Shown piece by piece: positions 31,761 through 35,756 of a stretch of DNA of 35,756 nt. The stretch covers positions 1 through 35,756 of the forward strand of contig QMME01000003.1 of NCBI GenBank assembly GCA_003647095.1. The letters are read 5' to 3'. Origin of the DNA: Deltaproteobacteria bacterium. Its GTDB lineage: Bacteria; Myxococcota; B64-G9. Both the position numbers and the translations under genes were made by a program. Every line of letters starts with the position of its first letter. Position 1 is the stretch's first letter. Below the pieces are notes generated by a model that ran no database searches, was not told where the DNA came from, and was given only the letters and a program-made list of their open reading frames with translations.

Positions 31761-34439
31761 TCATCCGGCTCGTTCCAGGCGCACCGCGCACACCTTGAAC
31801 TCGGGGATCTTGGCCACCGGGTCCAGCGCGGTGTTGGTGAGCCGGTTGGCGGCCGCCTCGAAGTAATGGAAAGGAATGAATACCACTCCGCAATCAACCC
31901 GCTCGTCGATGCGGGCCTCGAGTTCGATCTGGCCGCGCCGGGAGATAACCCGTACCGGTGCCGAGCCGGAGATGCCCAGGCGGCGGGCATCGGCCGGGTT
32001 GACCTCGATGAAGGGACGCGGCGCCAGCGCTTCGAGGCCGGCCGCCTTGCGCGTCATGGTGCCGGTGTGGAAGTGTTGCAGCACCCTGCCGGTGGTAAGC
32101 AGCAAGGGATACTTCTTGTCGGGCAGTTCCGCCGGGGGCAGGTACTCGATGGCGTGGAACTTGCCCAGGCCGCGGGCGAAGCGCCCCACGTGCAATATGG
32201 GGGTGCCGGGATGGCCCGGGGTCGGGCAGGGCCAGCATAGCTGCTCTCCCTGGCGCAGGCGCTCGTAGGTGATACCACGATACTGGGGGGTGACCACCGC
32301 CAGCTCGGTGAAGATCTCCTCGGCGGAACTGTAGTTCCAGCCGTGGTCCAGGCGCCTGGCCAGTTCGCTGATGATCTGCCAGTCGGGGCGGGCCTGTCCC
32401 GGAGGGGGCACCGCCTGGCGGCTGAGTTGCACGCGGCGCTCGGTGTTGGTGTAGGTACCCTCGCGCTCGGCGTAGGCCGCCGCCGGCAACACCACGTCTG
32501 CCAGGCGGGCCGTTTCGGTGAGAAAGATGTCCTGCACCACCAGGAAATCGAGATGGCCCAATGCCTTCTCCACGTGACCACTGTCGGGGTCGGAAAGCAT
32601 GGGATTTTCGCCCATGATGTAGAGCGCCTTCACTTGCCCGCTTTCCGCACCATCGAGGATCTCGGTGATGGTCAGGCCGGGCTTGTCGGGGAGCGACTCG
32701 AAGGGGACACCCCAGGCCTGGGACATCTTCTGGCGGGCGGCCAGGTCGGCCACCTGCTGGTAGCCGGAAAAGACGTTGGGCAGCGCTCCCATGTCACAGG
32801 CACCCTGCACGTTGTTCTGGCCGCGCAGGGGGTTGACCCCCCCGCCTTCCACGCCCACGTTGCCACACAGCATGGCCAGGTTGGCCAGCGATTTCACGTT
32901 GTCGGTGCCGGTTACGTGCTGGGTGATGCCCATGGCGTAGGCGATCGAGGAGGGACGCTCGCTGGCGTAGATGCGGGCCGCCAGAACGATATCGTCCGCC
33001 GACACCCCGGAAATCTCCTGGGCCCGCTGCGGCGAATACTGCTCGATCACCCGCCGGAATTCCTCGAACCCCTCGGTGCGCTCCTGGATGTACTGGTGGT
33101 CGTGCAGGTCCTCGGAGACGATGACGTTCATCATGGCGTTGAGCACGGCGACGTCGGTACCCGGCCGGTGGCGCAGCCACACCGTGGCCAGCCCCGCCAG
33201 GGGGATGTCGCGCGGCTCGAGCAGCAGCAGCTTGGTGCCCCGGCGTATGGCCCGGCGCATGTGGTGGGCGATGATGGGATGGTTCTCGCTGGTGTTGGAG
33301 CCGGTGACCAGGAGTGTCCGCGCCTTGCCGAAGTCGGCGATGGGATTGGTCATGGCACCGCTTCCAAACGTGGCCGCCAGACCGGCGACCGTGGAGCTGT
33401 GTCAGAGCCGGGCGCAGTGGTCGACGCTGTTCGACCCCTGCACCTCCCGGGAAAACTTCTGCATCAGGTAGTTGTCTTCGTTGGCCACCTTGGCCGAGGA
33501 AAAGGCGGCGAAGGCCTCGCCCCGGTGCTGGCGGAACTTCTGTGCCACCAGATCGAGCGCCTCGTCCCAGTCGCATTCCACCAGCTCACCCCGCTTGCGC
33601 ACCAGCGGGCGGGTGAGTCGCTCCGGGTCGTGCAGGTAAGGAAACGAGCCGAAGCGGCCCTTCAGGCACAGCAGGCCCCGGTTGACCTCGCTGTGGCGGT
33701 CGCCGGAAGCGGCCACGACACGATCCCGCCGAACGTGAAGCTCGATGCTGCAACCGGTGCCGCAGTAGGGGCAGATGACCGTCTCTTTCCTGTCCGGGCG
33801 GGGTGGTTGCTCGCGGAAGCTCAGCGCCCCGGTGGGACAATGCACCACGCACTCGCCGCAGGATTCGCAGATGCTCTCGGCGATGGGCTGGTTGGCGAAC
33901 GGTCCCACCTCCACGGCGTGACCGCGGCCCAGGAAGTCTATGGCCCCCAGGCCGATGATCTCCTGGCAGGTGCGAATGCAACGGGCGCAGCGCACGCAGC
34001 GGTTCATGTCACGCACGAACAACGGGTTGGATTCATCGATGGTGCTCTCGCGCAGCACCGGGATGAGACCGTGCTCGCGCACGCCCAGCTCCTCGGTGAG
34101 CTTCTGCAGCTCGCAGTCGAGGTTGGCCCGGCAGCGCAGGCAGTCGTAGGTGTGATCGGCCAGCAGCAGCCTGAGCACGGTGCGCCGTGCCGCCAGGATC
34201 TCGTCGTCCTCGGTGGTGACCTTCATTCCCTCGGCCACCTCGGTGATACACGACGGGGGCATGCCGCGCATGCCCTCGACCTTGACGATGCACAACCGGC
34301 AGCCGCCGTAAGGTTCCAGGTCGGGGTGGTGGCACAGGGTGGGAATGCGCACCCCGGCCTGACCGGCGGCCTTGAGGATGGTGGTGCCCCGCTCCACCTC
34401 GACCTCCTTGCCGTCTATGAAGAGCTTGATGGTGGACAT
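31761..34439 (-). CDS. fdhA: Formate dehydrogenase alpha subunit, selenocysteine-containing (892 aa, Sec346)
   Basis: ORFs 33402..34439 and 31761..33353 are in one frame joined through TGA 33402-33404: [26 protein letters not shown]. N-terminal 2Fe-2S, HxxxCxxCxxxxxC, 2x[4Fe-4S], CPYCGTGC; PLRGQNNVQG; C-terminal molydopterin-binding domain (IPEFK). Confidence 0.95.
33369..33392 (-). promoter_or_regulatory. Bacterial SECIS element
   Basis: 11 nt after the UGA: GGUCGCC-GGUCU-GGCGGCC stem-loop, same position and GGUC loop as the E. coli fdhF SECIS. Confidence 0.85.
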
Positions 34440-34442
34440 GGT

Positions 34443-35756
34443 TCAATCCTCCAGATCGCAGCGCAGGCAACGCCGTGCTTCCTGCACCGCTGCCTGCTTG
34501 GTGTAACCTTTTTCCACCGGCAGAAAATCGCCGCTCAGGGATTTCACTGGCCGGACGGGAACGGGTACTCGCCGGGATGCCTTGCCCGAGGAAGCTATGG
34601 CCGGCAAGTTGTCGAGATCCTCGGGTCCGGTGAACACCTCATCGATATCGCCGCTGCCGCCCAGGTAGATGTCTATGGCCCGGGCCGCCCGGCGGGCGGC
34701 GCCGATGGCTTCTACCACCGAGGCCGGGCCGGAAACGGCGTCCCCGGCGGCGAACACTCCCGGGTGCGAGGTGACCATTTCATCGTTCACTGCGATGCGA
34801 TTGGCCCGGCCCACCTCCACCCCCAGTCGCTTCGGTATCTCCGGCTGCTGGCCGATGGCGGCCAGCAGGGTGTCGGCGGTGACGGTGAAGTCGCTGCCCG
34901 CGATGGGTACCGGCCGGCGCCGTCCGCTGTCATCCATGGGGCCGAGCTCCATGCGCTGGCAGGTAATTTCCAGCCTGCCCCGGCGGCGCCTGGCGGCTAC
35001 CGGCAGCACCAGTTGTTCGAGCACCACCCCTTCTTCCAGGGCATCGCCAATCTCGTGGGGATCGGCGGGCATCTCGGCCCGGGTGCGCCGGTAGAGAATG
35101 GTGACCCGGGCACCCAGGCGCCGGGTGGTGCGGGCGGCATCGATGGCCGAGTTGCCGCCGCCGATCACTACCACCTCCTGGCCCAGGCGCGGGCGCTTGC
35201 CCCGCGACACCTCGCGCAGGAACTGCACGCAGTCGGTGACCCCGGGAGATTTTTCTCCGGGCATGCGCAGCGACAGGCCTTGGTGGGCCCCCAGCGACAG
35301 GAACACGGCATCGAAACCCTGCTTGAGGAGTTTGCTGCTCGACTCCACCCGGGTTCGGGTCTTGAACTTCACCCCGGCCCGGCGCACGATGGCGATGTCG
35401 CGGTCCAGGTCCTCGGCGCCGAGGCGGTAGCGGGGAATGCCGTAGCGCAGCATGCCACCCAGCTTCTCGAACTGCTCGAAAACCGTCACCTGGTGACCGC
35501 AGACCTTGGACAGGTAATAGGCGGCGGTCAGGCCGGCCGGACCCGAGCCCACCACCGCCACCTTCTTGCCGGTCCGCGGCGCCGGCTTGCCGGTGCGAGC
35601 CTCGGCCCGGGCACCGTACTTGACGGCGGCTCCCTTGAGCGCCCGGATGGCGATGGGTTCGTCCAGGGAACCCCGGCGACAGCGGCTCTCGCAGGGATGG
35701 AAGCATACCAGCCCGCATACCGAGGGCAGCGGCATGCTCTCGCGCACCACCAGGTA
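34443..35756 (-). CDS. GltD-like FAD/Fe-S NAD(P)H oxidoreductase (probable FDH partner subunit), 5' end beyond window
   Basis: CGLVCFHPCESRCRRG Fe-S motif, GSGPAGL, GGMLRYGIP, GGGNSAIDAAR + YRRTR, FAAGD, EARRCLRCD; frame open to window end; stop 3 nt before fdhA start. Confidence 0.88.
   Translation of the reverse strand, partial: YLVVRESMPLPSVCGLVCFHPCESRCRRGSLDEPIAIRALKGAAVKYGARAEARTGKPAPRTGKKVAVVGSGPAGLTAAYYLSKVCGHQVTVFEQFEKLGGMLRYGIPRYRLGAEDLDRDIAIVRRAGVKFKTRTRVESSSKLLKQGFDAVFLSLGAHQGLSLRMPGEKSPGVTDCVQFLREVSRGKRPRLGQEVVVIGGGNSAIDAARTTRRLGARVTILYRRTRAEMPADPHEIGDALEEGVVLEQLVLPVAARRRRGRLEITCQRMELGPMDDSGRRRPVPIAGSDFTVTADTLLAAIGQQPEIPKRLGVEVGRANRIAVNDEMVTSHPGVFAAGDAVSGPASVVEAIGAARRAARAIDIYLGGSGDIDEVFTGPEDLDNLPAIASSGKASRRVPVPVRPVKSLSGDFLPVEKGYTKQAAVQEARRCLRCDLED

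Noticed and set aside
31729-31763. Hairpin after the terminal fdhA UGA as a second SECIS
   Set aside because: The protein is already complete at the conserved C-terminus and the hairpin is better explained as the protease terminator.
33402-33404. Nonsense mutation making fdhA a pseudogene
   Set aside because: UGA sits at the Sec ligand position and is followed by a SECIS.

Overview
GC-rich (deltaproteobacterial/Myxococcota-like) chromosomal window of about 24 intact genes; no mobile element, CRISPR, rRNA or tRNA was seen. In order: a partial secreted lamin-tail + thrombospondin-type-3 repeat protein (minus strand, absent from the ORF track); an F1-only ATP synthase operon atpHAGDC; a six-gene operon (HAMP sensor kinase, TauE/SafE transporter, TIGR02186-like protein, a PEP-synthase-like phosphotransferase whose pyruvate-binding domain is replaced by an unknown domain, two stand-alone receivers); tungstate ABC transporter tupABC; GH31 glucosidase with CBM20-like tail; a 131-nt intergenic multi-stem hairpin; LonC-like protease; a lipoprotein plus a TPR/DUF3857/transglutaminase-like protein; glycogen phosphorylase; polyprenyl synthetase; an S1 protease with three Cys-rich repeats behind a complete sigma54 promoter (palindrome + IHF site + -24/-12); and a selenocysteine formate dehydrogenase (in-frame UGA + SECIS, split in the ORF track) with a GltD-like partner. 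The best candidate for an uncharacterised system is the kinase/TauE/TIGR02186/PEPS-like/dual-receiver operon. All family assignments come from motif recognition by eye; no searches were run.
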